Below are positions 32,719 to 43,272 of a stretch of DNA of 64,000 bases, piece by piece (position 1 is the first letter of the stretch; each line of letters opens with the position of its first letter). The notes under the pieces are model-generated. The model saw only the letters and a list, made by a program, of their open reading frames with translations, searched no databases and had not been told where the DNA came from. A program made the position numbers and the translations under genes. This stretch comes from a virus (taxonomy: Duplodnaviria > Heunggongvirae > Uroviricota > Caudoviricetes), in the IMG/VR virus record IMGVR_UViG_2718218168_000001, positions 1 to 64,000 of that record. One strand, written 5' to 3'.

Positions 32719-32735
32719 CAATTTATTAGAGCAAA
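32719..32735 (-). promoter_or_regulatory. C1 operator upstream of the immI-like module
   Basis: caatttattagagcaaa, 15/17 to the reverse-complement consensus; just downstream of the pacB stop. Confidence 0.65.
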
Positions 32736-32738
32736 TAT

Positions 32739-34223
32739 TCATTCATTAAGCCATGCCAGAGCTTCATCAACCTGCGCTTCGTCTTCGACGCTAAGCACTT
32801 CATCCTGGGGAACATAATCCGCCAGCATAGCGAAACAATATGTATCCCAATGGTCTGGTGAGTGCAGGTTGAGTTTTTTCTTCATATCCTCCTTACTCAT
32901 CACCTTCCATTGACCTGCGGAGTTAATCCCTACAGGGATTTTCGACGCTTCCTCAATAGTTTCATTACCCTTATCCAGTCTCATACGACCAGATTTTACG
33001 GCCTCTGCGGCTTGAACATTGGCATAAGCACGTTTATCAAAGTACAGGCTCTTATCTTCACGGCTATGCATCTTTTTACCCCAGCGTATACGCTGTACGG
33101 TAATACCATAATACTCGTACATCAGATCCGCCGTTGCTTTACCCAGGCCATCGCCGTCTATCGCTATGGTGATATTGGGGAATCGCTCAGGATTACATTC
33201 TGCGAAAATTTTGGCGGCAAGCTGCGTTTCTGTAACGTCTGTGTATTCCAGCATTCGATAGTTGATTACACGGCGTTTATTTCGCTGGCCGGACACCATC
33301 ATGATATTGATAACGGACTTATCCCGTCCCGTACCACCAGCAACGTCCACACATGCAAGCCAGCCCCATCCTTTGGCAATCTTGACTTTCCGCCGCGTTG
33401 CACGTTCAACCTCATCACGTCCAAGAAGGAAGCCATCCTGTGATTTAGGGAATAGGCCGCGTACCTTAATCATGTACATAGGGTTATCACGCCCGCCGTA
33501 CTCCGCCAGCTTCATTTTGATAAATGCTGGCGTTACCAACGGTGATTCCTCACTGTTAAGCGTGATCGCCGTATAAACGCCATCAGGGTTACCAGGACGC
33601 TTGGCCAGTTTATGGTGTGTATCGTAGAAATAGCCGCTTGGGCGTGTAGGCTGTGACAGCAATAAGATGCGGTTATCCTGTCCGGTAAGAGCACCGGTGA
33701 TGATACCGAAAGCTCTATCACTGACACCGGAGGCTTCATCGATAATATACAGAAGATGATCTGCGTGTTCACCGGCGAGAGCTTCTTCACTTCCCAGACG
33801 AAAGCCCTTCGGTACTACAGTCCATACACCTTTACCAGTAATCTCATAGAAAGCGGTTTCTGTCAGAACAAAATAATCAGCAAGCCATGGGAAACGGCTG
33901 GTGGCAGTAGCCCAGTTTATCTTGATGTACTTGAATATACCGGTCATTACCTGCTGAATTTTGTTCGCAACGATAATGGCACGGGCACCTGGATACATGA
34001 TTATGAACAACATGATCATGATAGAAGTCATGTCTGATTTCCCGGTACCGTGACCAGACGAAACAGATGTCTTGCTACCCTGTTCCTGCACAGACTCAAT
34101 AATCAGATCCTGCTGCCAGGTAGGTGTTTTGCCGAACAAAACATCAGCGGCAGCAATCCAGTCATAACGATATAGCGCCACCAGCTCGCGCCAACGTGGA
34201 TCCGTTACGCAACTTCTGGCCAT
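32739..34223 (-). CDS. pacB: terminase large subunit PacB
   Basis: 494 aa; Walker A-like GHGTGKS and terminase nuclease-type C-terminal half; overlaps the pacA stop. Confidence 0.88.
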   Translation of the reverse strand: MARSCVTDPRWRELVALYRYDWIAAADVLFGKTPTWQQDLIIESVQEQGSKTSVSSGHGTGKSDMTSIMIMLFIIMYPGARAIIVANKIQQVMTGIFKYIKINWATATSRFPWLADYFVLTETAFYEITGKGVWTVVPKGFRLGSEEALAGEHADHLLYIIDEASGVSDRAFGIITGALTGQDNRILLLSQPTRPSGYFYDTHHKLAKRPGNPDGVYTAITLNSEESPLVTPAFIKMKLAEYGGRDNPMYMIKVRGLFPKSQDGFLLGRDEVERATRRKVKIAKGWGWLACVDVAGGTGRDKSVINIMMVSGQRNKRRVINYRMLEYTDVTETQLAAKIFAECNPERFPNITIAIDGDGLGKATADLMYEYYGITVQRIRWGKKMHSREDKSLYFDKRAYANVQAAEAVKSGRMRLDKGNETIEEASKIPVGINSAGQWKVMSKEDMKKKLNLHSPDHWDTYCFAMLADYVPQDEVLSVEDEAQVDEALAWLNE

Positions 34224-35416
34224 TAATCATCATCCCCGTATAGCTTGCGGGTAACTTCTTCGTCTTCCTCCTCGTCTTCGTCCAGGTCTTGTTCCAGCCA
34301 TGGGTCGTTTGATACACCTTCAGTATCAACATCTCCATAACCGCCTGTATCAACGATATCGGCGATTTCTTCCCTACGCTGCTCAATCCACAATGCGGCA
34401 TCGGCGCGGCGGTTGGCGGCCCGTTCTCGCGCAACTTTGTCCAGATCTTCAAGAGAAGGACCACCGACGGCAGTTTGCCTTTCCTCATCATCGGTATTGG
34501 TCTTAGGAGCACGCAGATCGGCTTTGATTTGCTCCAGCATCAGGGGCGGCACTTTCCCGCCATGCGCCTCGATAAATTCAGCTGCTTCCAGCACTGACCA
34601 GTTATTTTCACGCTTTCGTTCGTATGCCAGCTTAACAATGCCAGCTTGCCCCATAGACAAAGCGTGCTTTTCCGCCTCCCGGCTTTCTTTTCGATAGTTA
34701 TTCCGGATGCTGTAAATGGTGTTGATCAGACTGCTTATCTGCGCGGAACAGCTGTTTAGCATGCTCGCGATACGGTATTCAGGCGGAGTACCTTCATCAT
34801 CGGCTTTTTGCTGATCGCGCATTTCCTGCACCAGGCGAATACACGTATCCCTGGCGTTCTCCAGCATAAGGAGATGAGAAAGAGACTTTTCCAGAAGAGT
34901 GGTTTCCAGAACATCGGCCCCGGACCGACGCAACATAGCGCGCGCGGCCTTCCGCGCTTCAACGTTATCTATCAGGTAATCGCCAGCTTCGAATTCAAAG
35001 CGTTCACCATCATCATCCAGGGTGTCGCGTTCCAGGCGATCACGCAAGGTCCGGTGGGCACGGGTGATCACGTCATGATCATCAGAACGATCATTTATGC
35101 GCTTATTTTGGCGCTTCGCATTCTCGACTGCGACACTGACAATGGCATTAACCCTTTGTTTTTCTGCTATTTCAGCCGCAATGTGATCACCGGAATGTTG
35201 ATCATTAGAGTGATCAATGATCATGCTTTTTAGTGGCTTCCTGACTGGCTTATTTGGCTTGCGGCTGTCCGTAGTCCTGGTGTCTTCTTTGAAGGCACGG
35301 AGATAACGACGTGCGGTATTAGGGTTAAGATTAAACTCGGCGGCATACTGTGCGATGGTGTAACCACCATCTCGCGCCAGGCGAGCAAAATTCTTCTTGT
35401 GATCGTCCCAGGTCAC
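34223..35416 (-). CDS. pacA: terminase small subunit PacA (contains pac)
   Basis: 397 aa, the size of P1 PacA; N-terminal helix-turn-helix-like region; the pac hexamer cluster lies within its 5' portion. Confidence 0.88.
   Translation of the reverse strand: MTWDDHKKNFARLARDGGYTIAQYAAEFNLNPNTARRYLRAFKEDTRTTDSRKPNKPVRKPLKSMIIDHSNDQHSGDHIAAEIAEKQRVNAIVSVAVENAKRQNKRINDRSDDHDVITRAHRTLRDRLERDTLDDDGERFEFEAGDYLIDNVEARKAARAMLRRSGADVLETTLLEKSLSHLLMLENARDTCIRLVQEMRDQQKADDEGTPPEYRIASMLNSCSAQISSLINTIYSIRNNYRKESREAEKHALSMGQAGIVKLAYERKRENNWSVLEAAEFIEAHGGKVPPLMLEQIKADLRAPKTNTDDEERQTAVGGPSLEDLDKVARERAANRRADAALWIEQRREEIADIVDTGGYGDVDTEGVSNDPWLEQDLDEDEEEDEEVTRKLYGDDD
35065..35223. promoter_or_regulatory. pac packaging site (GATC-containing hexamer repeats)
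   Basis: seven TGATCA/TGATCG hexamers, three at 35065-35093 and four at 35184-35223, flanking a roughly 90-bp cleavage region; the P1 pac architecture. Confidence 0.85.
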
Positions 35417-35501
35417 TTATGCTTCCTTTCGTAAAAACTCTTTTTGACGCGAGGGTAACGAAAGTCACATGTCAAAAGGCCCGGAACGGGCAAGCAATCA
35501 A

Positions 35502-35954
35502 TCAGATACGTGCGGATGTGGCATTACCGTAATGACGGTGCTGACGGGCCACCTTATTGAAAAGTTGACGCGCCATTACCCAAGGCTGGTGCTCCCGGCG
35601 TTCCTTTTCGTCCTGCGTCATATAGAGTTCGTTCTGGAGTTTTTCATCAAACCGGCGCGGAGCGCGGCTACGGCGAAAGAATTCAGGATTCAGAGAGTGG
35701 ATCTGAAATCTACGTGGGCGTGTACTGTCATCTATCAAAACAGACGAATACTTAGACACAGCGATAGCCTTTAAGCGCAGATAAACATCGCGCTTATCGA
35801 CATCCAGATGCGGGTATTCCTTTTCAAGAATTGCTGCGAGTTCTTTCGCTGATAGAAGAGATTTAGTGCGGATCATGTAATCCGCAATCTCGTACGATGT
35901 TATTCGTGAGTGATTTATTTCCATGAAGTGGCGTCCCTGCCAGTTAAGTAACAT
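35502..35954 (-). CDS. lpa: Lpa late promoter activator
   Basis: 150 aa basic protein directly upstream of pacA; C1 operator upstream. Confidence 0.7.
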   Translation of the reverse strand: MLLNWQGRHFMEINHSRITSYEIADYMIRTKSLLSAKELAAILEKEYPHLDVDKRDVYLRLKAIAVSKYSSVLIDDSTRPRRFQIHSLNPEFFRRSRAPRRFDEKLQNELYMTQDEKERREHQPWVMARQLFNKVARQHRHYGNATSARI

Positions 35955-36024
35955 CCTGTCACCTACTGATTAGCCCATGTCAACTAATCAACGTGGAATA
36001 TAATACCCTCGATTAAAGAAATAG

Positions 36025-36041
36025 CAATATATTAGAGCAAT
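36025..36041 (-). promoter_or_regulatory. C1 operator upstream of lpa
   Basis: caatatattagagcaat, 15/17 to the reverse-complement consensus. Confidence 0.65.
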
Positions 36042-36042
36042 T

Positions 36043-37086
36043 TTATCTAACACTCGACGAATGACTTGTGATAACGCCCACTCCAAGCGCGTAATCAAAG
36101 AACAATCGTTGATGCATCGCCAACCTACCGTGCGTCTTCTCCCAATTATCGCGGTCACGCTCAATATCACGCTGGCATGACTGGCACAGAGGAATTGCGT
36201 AAATGTCATGCGCGCATAATCGACTATGACGAACGATATAAGGCGTAATGTGAGCGCCAGCTCCCGCAGCTCCACACCCACAGCATGGACGGGAAGCAAC
36301 AAAGTCCATGTACTCAGGTAATTTTAGCGATTGCAGTTTTGGTATTTTGAAATGCGCCATGCCAGGGTCGGAGTCAACATCCACAGGGCATACTTTTGCA
36401 CGCATCGGCGCGGCGCGTTCTTCCATCATCTGAACATATGCTGTAGCGCGATCGTCATACGGGCGAATATCCGCCTCTTTCAGAGGTCCGCTATCCTGCG
36501 GAGTAGCCTTCATCTTATTTATTGATATGCGGCAGACTTCTTCCGGCATCAGGTGCATCATGTTGCGCATGAAAGCCCACCAGCACAGCTCCTGAATACT
36601 TAAATCATGGCTATTTGAAAGGCCCATTTCCTGACGGGCGACATCCAGTATCCAGTTAACGCGATTATTGTGCAGCGTTTCTTTCAGCTCATTAAAACCA
36701 CGCATCCGATAATGGTTATCGTGATGCCAGCACAACAACACCGCGCTATTGTCTCGTTCAGCGTGGACAATATGATTGTCACACCAACTACGATCTGCGG
36801 CCTGGCATTGACCCTCTTTCCTACGCAACCACGCCACCAGCGCGTCAATTCCACCAATACGGCGAAACAGTTCATCGCTGTTAAAAAACGGCTGCAACGC
36901 CTCATTTGTTGCCATGGTTTGCTCGGTAACAACGAGGCCGTCTTCCATGTGCTCGATTAACTCACGCGGCACCGGCTCCATAATAAATTTACGGCCAGCC
37001 TCCACCAGCTTTCTGACCTCCTGATCCACTTTGAACGTGGCGAGGCCAAGCTCTTTCTGTACAAAGGGAGTAATTACGGCTTTCAC
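36043..37086 (-). CDS. pdcB: PdcB-like protein
   Basis: 347 aa ORF downstream of doc with Cys clusters ([12 protein letters not shown]...CQSCQRD); position as in P1. Confidence 0.5.
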   Translation of the reverse strand: MKAVITPFVQKELGLATFKVDQEVRKLVEAGRKFIMEPVPRELIEHMEDGLVVTEQTMATNEALQPFFNSDELFRRIGGIDALVAWLRRKEGQCQAADRSWCDNHIVHAERDNSAVLLCWHHDNHYRMRGFNELKETLHNNRVNWILDVARQEMGLSNSHDLSIQELCWWAFMRNMMHLMPEEVCRISINKMKATPQDSGPLKEADIRPYDDRATAYVQMMEERAAPMRAKVCPVDVDSDPGMAHFKIPKLQSLKLPEYMDFVASRPCCGCGAAGAGAHITPYIVRHSRLCAHDIYAIPLCQSCQRDIERDRDNWEKTHGRLAMHQRLFFDYALGVGVITSHSSSVR

Positions 37087-37113
37087 ATCACACCTTTAAT
37101 CACTGATTGGGCT

Positions 37114-37314
37114 TTATCTGCTGCCCGGCATTCTCTGTTTAAGCACAACCATTTCCTGACGGCATAACACAGCAATAGCGGTCCTGACTCCAATTTGCTT
37201 ACCAACCAGGTATTGCTTTACCTTGCGGCGACTCACGCCATCAAGAAGCATCTTTAACGCTTCACGGGACAATTTGTTGTATTTGCGTGCCATTAATCTA
37301 CTCCGCAGAACCAT
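37114..37314 (-). CDS. pdcA: PdcA-like small basic protein
   Basis: 66 aa ORF overlapping the doc 3' end. Confidence 0.4.
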   Translation of the reverse strand: MVLRSRLMARKYNKLSREALKMLLDGVSRRKVKQYLVGKQIGVRTAIAVLCRQEMVVLKQRMPGSR

Positions 37315-37678
37315 ACAATCTACGTAACGTGGCGGCGACAGAAGATACAGATATCTCGCCAGTCGCAGCCCCTACGGTAAGGTCTGCCAGTTCAGGTGAA
37401 TCAAATACCTGCACCCCGTTACGGCGTAGAAATAACAGCGCACTGTTTAGCGCGGTACGCTTATTGGCATCATTGAATATATGCCCTCTCGCCGTAGCCA
37501 CCAGGTAGGTGGCGGAGACTTCGAAAAGGTCGGTGATCTCTTCGTAGGCAACTCTGGCCTGAACTCTCCCGATAATGGCCTCTGCCCTACCCGGATCTGA
37601 CATTCCCGGCAGGCCGCCGTAGCGGTTTATATTCGCATCATGAAGCGCAATAAGTTCTTCCGGTGATATATGCCTCAT
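37298..37678 (-). CDS. doc: Doc toxin (Fic-family kinase)
   Basis: 126 aa; Fic motif [11 protein letters not shown]; overlaps the phd stop. Confidence 0.95.
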   Translation of the reverse strand: MRHISPEELIALHDANINRYGGLPGMSDPGRAEAIIGRVQARVAYEEITDLFEVSATYLVATARGHIFNDANKRTALNSALLFLRRNGVQVFDSPELADLTVGAATGEISVSSVAATLRRLYGSAE

Positions 37679-37899
37679 TATCGGTTAACCAGTTCCTTGT
37701 TGGTGGAGTCCAGGGTGTCAAACAGGGATGCAAATTCAGCATCCAGCGCCGCTTTTTTGTAGGTTTCAAAAGTAGCCTTGCTGACAATTACTGCTGGCTC
37801 ACGGCCTCTGCGGGTGATTTCAACCTCTTCCCCTGCTTCAACATTATTGAGCACTTCGCTAAGGTTGCCGCGCGCGGTACGGAAGTTAATGGATTGCAT
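37678..37899 (-). CDS. phd: Phd antitoxin
   Basis: 73 aa from [16 protein letters not shown]; classic phd-doc operon arrangement. Confidence 0.95.
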   Translation of the reverse strand: MQSINFRTARGNLSEVLNNVEAGEEVEITRRGREPAVIVSKATFETYKKAALDAEFASLFDTLDSTNKELVNR

Positions 37900-38043
37900 A
37901 AACACCTCGTGTACTCGTTATGTGTACACAATTATAAACTTCACAAGCATAAAGCACCAGCACTTTGCAGCTTAAATCACCGGACAATCGTCAAACTCCC
38001 CACTTCGGGCATCATTGATGAAATGATGTGGTCACACCAAACT

Positions 38044-38508
38044 TTAATCTTCAAGGTCTGCTTCTGATACCACTGTATAACCCAGAAATATTTTAATCTC
38101 ATCCCACAATCCCATGATCTTGCCTTCATACTCTGATGGTTCTCTTACAATTACTGAATCTGGGGGAGAGTGAGCCTCTAATTCAGTTATGATCTCATGG
38201 CAAAGATTATGTTTGTAATATTGTTTTAGTTTCTCTCGAATAGGTTTTGGCGCACTTTCAATAGTTTCTTTTGCGGCATTTAGTGAAAGAATTATATTAC
38301 TTGCGTCATTAACATCCCAGTCTGATCCAGCTTTTCCTGTTGCTATTTTATTTGCCCTATCAGCAAAGTTTATCAATGCTTCACTATAAAATTTTTCCTT
38401 ATCGAATAATCCAAGATTTTTACTTGTGCGCAAACTAATAAAAGCAGCTATTGCTGACCCAAATGCCGCAATAGCTGATGCCCAATCGGGATTGATATGA
38501 AGAAACAT
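38044..38508 (-). CDS. membrane-anchored protein (cargo)
   Basis: 154 aa; N-terminal transmembrane helix (WASAIAAFGSAIAAFISL); AT-rich codon usage; no P1 counterpart recalled. Confidence 0.5.
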   Translation of the reverse strand: MFLHINPDWASAIAAFGSAIAAFISLRTSKNLGLFDKEKFYSEALINFADRANKIATGKAGSDWDVNDASNIILSLNAAKETIESAPKPIREKLKQYYKHNLCHEIITELEAHSPPDSVIVREPSEYEGKIMGLWDEIKIFLGYTVVSEADLED

Positions 38509-38592
38509 GCTATCTCTACCTAATGCCAGATCTTTAACCTAGAAATATTGTATCAGTAGTTATGGCTTTGCCACCAGTAATGCGATTTTTTC

Positions 38593-39252
38593 CTAGTTGT
38601 CATTGCCCCCTACCAGCGGCAATAAAGCCCTGGCCATCTTATGAACCAATAGTGCATCAATAATGCCAAGCGTATGCCCCGGGTTAATGTTTAATGCCGC
38701 CTCAAGGTGACACCTTTCCAGGCCACTTTTCTCGGCTTGTTTATGATGGTCTGGCTTAATAACGTCGCCCAAAACACGGCTAATTCTTTCTCGTAATTGC
38801 TGGGTGCCAGCACACTTGATCGCTGTATCGTGGAGACGGTTAACCAGTTCGCGATAAACATGCGGCTTAATGCGGATACGTTCACCGGTGACGCCCTTTC
38901 CTGGCCCTGGCACCGAACTATCCGGAATATCCGGATAGTTGCCAGCCTCGTAAGCTACCCGCAGCCAGTGCATGAATGTTTCAGTAGACACACAACCACA
39001 GTCCACATCGATTTTTCCGCGTTGCTGTTCCAGCCACTGCTCAAAGTTCAATCTACACGTATTACTTTCATGTTGCTCTTTTTGTCTTAAGGCCAGCACC
39101 TGTTGGGCCAGTTCCAGAACGATACCGGGTGACGCTAACCTCTCAAATTCCAATAAATAGTTTGCGTCAGGATGACAAGTAGCCTCGCCTGCAAAAAATA
39201 CCAATTGCTGTAAGTATGCTGTCGTTAGAGTAGTCATTTCTTTTTGCGCCAT
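38593..39252 (-). CDS. hypothetical protein (cargo)
   Basis: 219 aa ORF, no motif recognised. Confidence 0.5.
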   Translation of the reverse strand: MAQKEMTTLTTAYLQQLVFFAGEATCHPDANYLLEFERLASPGIVLELAQQVLALRQKEQHESNTCRLNFEQWLEQQRGKIDVDCGCVSTETFMHWLRVAYEAGNYPDIPDSSVPGPGKGVTGERIRIKPHVYRELVNRLHDTAIKCAGTQQLRERISRVLGDVIKPDHHKQAEKSGLERCHLEAALNINPGHTLGIIDALLVHKMARALLPLVGGNDN

Positions 39253-39608
39253 TTCTTTTCACATTCCTTAGTCCATTTTTCAATGTTCATTTTGGCAATA
39301 TCAGTCATTCCATCACCTAAGAAATACTTTTTCCGGTACGTCTTGCACTTAAACCACACTACAACAGCCACCAGCCAGAAAATAAAAGGCCATACAGCAA
39401 TACCAACTCCAGCCGCGATAAAGCCCAATAGCCATAAATGAAGCTCTCCAACTTCTGTTTGCGGCAATATTCTTAAAGAATTAAACAGCAGACTGAAGGA
39501 ATGGTCGTATGCATTGGCGGTATAAGACATGCAATCCATATAATTAAAGTCATAGCCTGCGGCTGCCGCCCATAATGGGCGGTCAAGAAAATGTTTTAGT
39601 GTCATCAT
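39234..39608 (-). CDS. membrane protein (cargo)
   Basis: 124 aa with a central double transmembrane segment and Lys-rich C-terminus. Confidence 0.45.
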   Translation of the reverse strand: MMTLKHFLDRPLWAAAAGYDFNYMDCMSYTANAYDHSFSLLFNSLRILPQTEVGELHLWLLGFIAAGVGIAVWPFIFWLVAVVVWFKCKTYRKKYFLGDGMTDIAKMNIEKWTKECEKKWRKKK

Positions 39609-39614
39609 ATAAAT

Positions 39615-39908
39615 TTAAGGTTCAGACCAGTTATCTTCAATAGCAATGCTTAATCTTTGTAGCCATTCTGCTAATTTCAGCATTGCTTCTCTTTCGCTTA
39701 AACCACGAGGAAAATCATCAAGCGAAATTGTTGGCTTGAAGCCCCCGTAATTATCCATTTCAACAGTCAGATTTTGCTCCAGCACGGTATTCCTTACGCG
39801 GCTATTGTGCCGAAGCAAATATACTGAACGTGATTTATTGGTTTTATGGTCAAACTGATATTCGGTAAGTATCATCTGGCTTTTGCCATGACTATTACCT
39901 CTCCACAT
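39615..39908 (-). CDS. hypothetical protein (cargo)
   Basis: 97 aa from the internal ATG with a GAGG Shine-Dalgarno; the longer tool ORF (to 39995) overlaps the upstream small ORF. Confidence 0.4.
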   Translation of the reverse strand: MWRGNSHGKSQMILTEYQFDHKTNKSRSVYLLRHNSRVRNTVLEQNLTVEMDNYGGFKPTISLDDFPRGLSEREAMLKLAEWLQRLSIAIEDNWSEP

Positions 39909-39915
39909 ACTTACC

Positions 39916-40038
39916 TCACTTAATAAAACAACTCCATACGTAGTTGATGATTTTTCCCCACGTAATATAAATATGCACTCCAGCAGAAAAACCAAAACCT
40001 ACAATTACTGAAAAAATCAAAACATTTACTTTTGACAT
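39916..40038 (-). CDS. tiny transmembrane peptide
   Basis: 40 codons (MSKVNVLIFSVIVGFGFSAGVHIYITWG...), below the ORF-track cutoff; ends 8 nt before the next start. Confidence 0.3.
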   Translation of the reverse strand: MSKVNVLIFSVIVGFGFSAGVHIYITWGKIINYVWSCFIK

Positions 40039-40086
40039 TATAAAATTTCTCTCGTTGCCGTAGGTGATAGCACCATAATTTCTAAT

Positions 40087-40338
40087 TTAGTGAGTTAGCA
40101 GTTCCATTTTTTCGATGATTTCCGCATGAGCATCATCGTTGTCAACACTTAACTCGTTTAATGCCTCTCGCACTACATCAACTTCTTCTGGTTGGAAGAA
40201 GTCATCTCGGTAGTCACCAAATAGAACCGAAACAAGCCTGCCACCAGCAACATCAAGATTGGCGCTAACAGGTGGCTCTTTACCATCCTCAAATTCGACT
40301 ACAAAAGTTAATTTCCCCATCGTTACCACCAGCGACAA
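40087..40338 (-). CDS. small acidic protein
   Basis: 83 aa ORF; does not resemble the DNA polymerase theta-subunit homolog expected at this position in P1. Confidence 0.45.
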   Translation of the reverse strand: MSLVVTMGKLTFVVEFEDGKEPPVSANLDVAGGRLVSVLFGDYRDDFFQPEEVDVVREALNELSVDNDDAHAEIIEKMELLTH

Positions 40339-40402
40339 ATTGAATACAAACCCAGTGCTGCCGCCATCACAATTCCTACCGTTGCGAATGCTTCAGGCCA
40401 GC

Positions 40403-41245
40403 TCATTGACCTGCCTCCTGGGGAGGTTCTGGTAGCAGCATCCAGAACAAGGCGTTCCCTAACCACGATAAAGTGCCGTCGCTCAACTCCACGTATTCCC
40501 CTTGCACCTGTCCTGCCATATACTCACCGTGCTTTGAATAAATTAAAATCCAATCATCTTGAGCGGGCATTCGCTCACTACAGCTTATCCAACCATCCGG
40601 AGTTACCGGATAGTTGCCATTCACAAGGTCAGCTCGAACATATAGCGTGTCATCATGGTGCTGATTGTGGCTGCACCACGTTAATTCGCTTAACTCGCCA
40701 TCTTCTGGCCATACTCCAGCTGTTTGCAGCCAGATATGGGCTGGCGCATCCTGGCAAGGTGTATTAACTGGAAACTTGTAAGTTTGGCTTACAGGTTGGC
40801 TACCCTGAAGCATGGCAGCGTGGCAGGCATACTCAACGCCCTTAACTGCATCTGCGCAGTAGTTATAGCGATTGCATTCCACTAATTTCCGTTTGAGTTT
40901 TTCAATTGCCTGCGCGACATCAGCCTGTATTACAGGAACTGGCGGAGTGGTATATAGTTTTCGGCATTTGTTTATCCAACCGGCATGGTCAGGCGTGTCT
41001 GTAAAGCGCAAATCGTTTTCGTAGCCCTCACGACTACGTTCTTTCCATTCCGTCCACGGAACACCGCTATTCCAAGTGGGGCGAGTGCAGGACTGATACA
41101 GAACAGGTTCAGCTTCCAGCGCTGCCAGAGCAATCCGTGCCAGTTCTTCCGCTTCTTCTGCTGGCAGTACAACGTTGCTACCAGGTCCGTATGTTTCGCG
41201 CCACTGCTTGATTGTCAGCAGTCGCTCTTTGGTAATAGTGGTCAT
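40403..41245 (-). CDS. DUF551-domain protein
   Basis: 280 aa; C-terminal W..SERMP...W motif typical of DUF551, common in lambdoid accessory regions. Confidence 0.55.
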   Translation of the reverse strand: MTTITKERLLTIKQWRETYGPGSNVVLPAEEAEELARIALAALEAEPVLYQSCTRPTWNSGVPWTEWKERSREGYENDLRFTDTPDHAGWINKCRKLYTTPPVPVIQADVAQAIEKLKRKLVECNRYNYCADAVKGVEYACHAAMLQGSQPVSQTYKFPVNTPCQDAPAHIWLQTAGVWPEDGELSELTWCSHNQHHDDTLYVRADLVNGNYPVTPDGWISCSERMPAQDDWILIYSKHGEYMAGQVQGEYVELSDGTLSWLGNALFWMLLPEPPQEAGQ

Positions 41246-41451
41246 TTGTTAATCCTCAAAACTTTATGCCCGGGCGCAAAAGCACGCGTTTTGTCTTTGC
41301 TTATTCGCCAGCCATCCTTGCGCGCCTCTTTTGCACAACCAGACCATGACGTACCGATATACTCACCGAAGTCTGGCACTGGATATACACCTTCCGTACA
41401 CTGGCGGCAGTCACAATAGAGATGCATGGTGTAACTTGCGGCAATAGCCAT
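41242..41451 (-). CDS. small Cys-rich protein
   Basis: about 70 aa from the internal Met (MAIAASYTMHLYCDCRQC), Cys cluster suggests a zinc ribbon; the tool ORF extends to 41532. Confidence 0.35.
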   Translation of the reverse strand: MAIAASYTMHLYCDCRQCTEGVYPVPDFGEYIGTSWSGCAKEARKDGWRISKDKTRAFAPGHKVLRINK

Positions 41452-41452
41452 A

Positions 41453-42214
41453 TCACTCTCCTTTGATGCGAATGCCAGCGGCGCGTGGCACATTAACTTC
41501 CACGATGCGCACAGTTGGTTTGTACATCTCAATCGCTGTCAGCCAGTCAGCGCCGGTCATATGCTTTTCTGCATCGCCATTAGTCCATTGAACCGGCACA
41601 CCAATAGCTTTCATCGCAATTTCTATTTCCCCGGCAATGGCGCTTTTCCCGCAACCAGTAAAACCAGAGACAACGACAAGAACTTCGCCTTTGGCTGGTT
41701 TTATTTCCCGTGCTTCCAGTTCTGCAATGCGCTTCTCTGCGGCTTCCAGCTTCTCGCGCATATCGTCAACGTACTCGACCAGAGATCCGCCAGCAGGAAT
41801 TTCGCACTCCTCGACCAGTTGGAAGTAGATATCAGCTGCGGCCCGTGTGTTGCTATGCCTGGCGTCGCCTATCTCACCTTCGCGAAGAGCATCGCGTTCG
41901 GCGGTAAGATTGGCTATTTTGCTGTCTTTGCCTTCCAGCTCAACGCGCAGCCTCCCAACCGTAAGCGCAATATCCTCGTTCTCCTGGTCGCGGCGTTTGA
42001 TGTATTGCTGGTTTCTTTCCCGTTCATCCAACAATGCCAGCGCGATATCTGGCGAAAAGTGCTTCATAAAATCGTTAAGCGCATTAATTCGCTGATCGAA
42101 AGGCATTACAGGTGCTTCACCGGCAATTTTTGTTTTTTCAGCGATTTCACGAAGCTTTTGATAATCAATCTGGCTCACTGGTTGCCTCCTTTGCGGAGTT
42201 GCGCTTCGATGCAT
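41453..42214 (-). CDS. Ead/Ea22-like coiled-coil protein
   Basis: 253 aa; central heptad coiled coil and a C-terminal domain resembling lambdoid Ea22-type proteins (from memory). Confidence 0.5.
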   Translation of the reverse strand: MHRSATPQRRQPVSQIDYQKLREIAEKTKIAGEAPVMPFDQRINALNDFMKHFSPDIALALLDERERNQQYIKRRDQENEDIALTVGRLRVELEGKDSKIANLTAERDALREGEIGDARHSNTRAAADIYFQLVEECEIPAGGSLVEYVDDMREKLEAAEKRIAELEAREIKPAKGEVLVVVSGFTGCGKSAIAGEIEIAMKAIGVPVQWTNGDAEKHMTGADWLTAIEMYKPTVRIVEVNVPRAAGIRIKGE

Positions 42215-42414
42215 GAAAAAAAAGACTCCCGAGTGTGACAGTTAAGAGCTGGTGCGAACGCCGCGTTAAGAACGGCGGCATCACAGCCGTCATCAATATA
42301 GAGCGCAATTTTTTTCTCCAGGCGCGCTTTGGCTTCCTGCAACTGCATACCCCGGCACGCACGCGGGATATAATCAGCAATTTGAGCGATAGCTTTTTCG
42401 TTCTGTTTAAACAT
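42175..42414 (-). CDS. hypothetical small protein
   Basis: 79 aa ORF. Confidence 0.4.
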   Translation of the reverse strand: MFKQNEKAIAQIADYIPRACRGMQLQEAKARLEKKIALYIDDGCDAAVLNAAFAPALNCHTRESFFSCIEAQLRKGGNQ

Positions 42415-42610
42415 GCTTCACCTCGATAGGCTTGATGGTGTCTAACAGCAGTCGGCGGCGCGTATTTTCTGCAAAATGGCGGCGTCCGGTATCTTTGTGG
42501 TAAAACTCATTTTTGCCGACGACCCACATCCGCTCTGTTTGGTGCAGTTTTTTTACCTGCGGACCGTCTTTGGTGATCACGGTGCCGGTATGGGTTTTTA
42601 CGATTGTCAT
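42407..42610 (-). CDS. hypothetical small protein
   Basis: 67 aa ORF. Confidence 0.4.
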   Translation of the reverse strand: MTIVKTHTGTVITKDGPQVKKLHQTERMWVVGKNEFYHKDTGRRHFAENTRRRLLLDTIKPIEVKHV

Positions 42611-42693
42611 GCCACTACCTCTTCGAACAGATGAACGAGACAGGCCGATGCTCGTCCACCTGAAAAACTGACGATTTGATGCATACTCACGGT

Positions 42694-43272
42694 TTATTCC
42701 TGAATGCGCTTAAACTCGATTACCCATACCCACGGGTTAGATAGCCAGTTATCCTGCCCGTAAATACTGCGCCAGATATCACCAAAACCAACGCGATAAA
42801 CAGCTTCCGGCGGCGTAATTTTGTACATCGCCGGAGATGCGCCTTCTGCTTTAGCATCTGCCTCGCTCATATCACGCAGCCGTTCCACACGCACGTCGGT
42901 AATTTCCAGAAGAATGCGCGATGCCCAGCGCGGCATGTGAATTGATGGCGTCCACTTTTCTGATACTGGTTTATTACAAACCTCGACCGGAACCCGGTGC
43001 GTTTGTTCTGTCCAGGAGTTACGCACGCTTGCGCGATAAACCAGCGTTGCGACGTCCGTCGCTTTGCCATGTACCCGGTAGGTTTCGCGAACCCAAATAC
43101 GATCGCCCGGTTGACCATATGGACAATGCTTAGCAAGCAACTCTGCGGCCACTGCCCGTCCATAGAATTTTTCTTCAACAATCCTGCGAGTCTGTGTTTT
43201 ATTCCCGCCAAGAATTGCCCGGACCATCTCATCGTTGAAAATCATGCCGCGCTCTTTCACTTCGCCTTTCAT
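42694..43272 (-). CDS. ASCH-like domain protein
   Basis: 192 aa; N-terminal GGNKTQTRR resembles the ASCH GxKxxExR motif. Confidence 0.45.
   Translation of the reverse strand: MKGEVKERGMIFNDEMVRAILGGNKTQTRRIVEEKFYGRAVAAELLAKHCPYGQPGDRIWVRETYRVHGKATDVATLVYRASVRNSWTEQTHRVPVEVCNKPVSEKWTPSIHMPRWASRILLEITDVRVERLRDMSEADAKAEGASPAMYKITPPEAVYRVGFGDIWRSIYGQDNWLSNPWVWVIEFKRIQE

Noticed and set aside
35065-35223. GATC-rich cluster as a possible methylation-sensing regulatory island
   Set aside because: It is the expected pac site: seven TGATCA/G hexamers in the 3+4 arrangement inside pacA.
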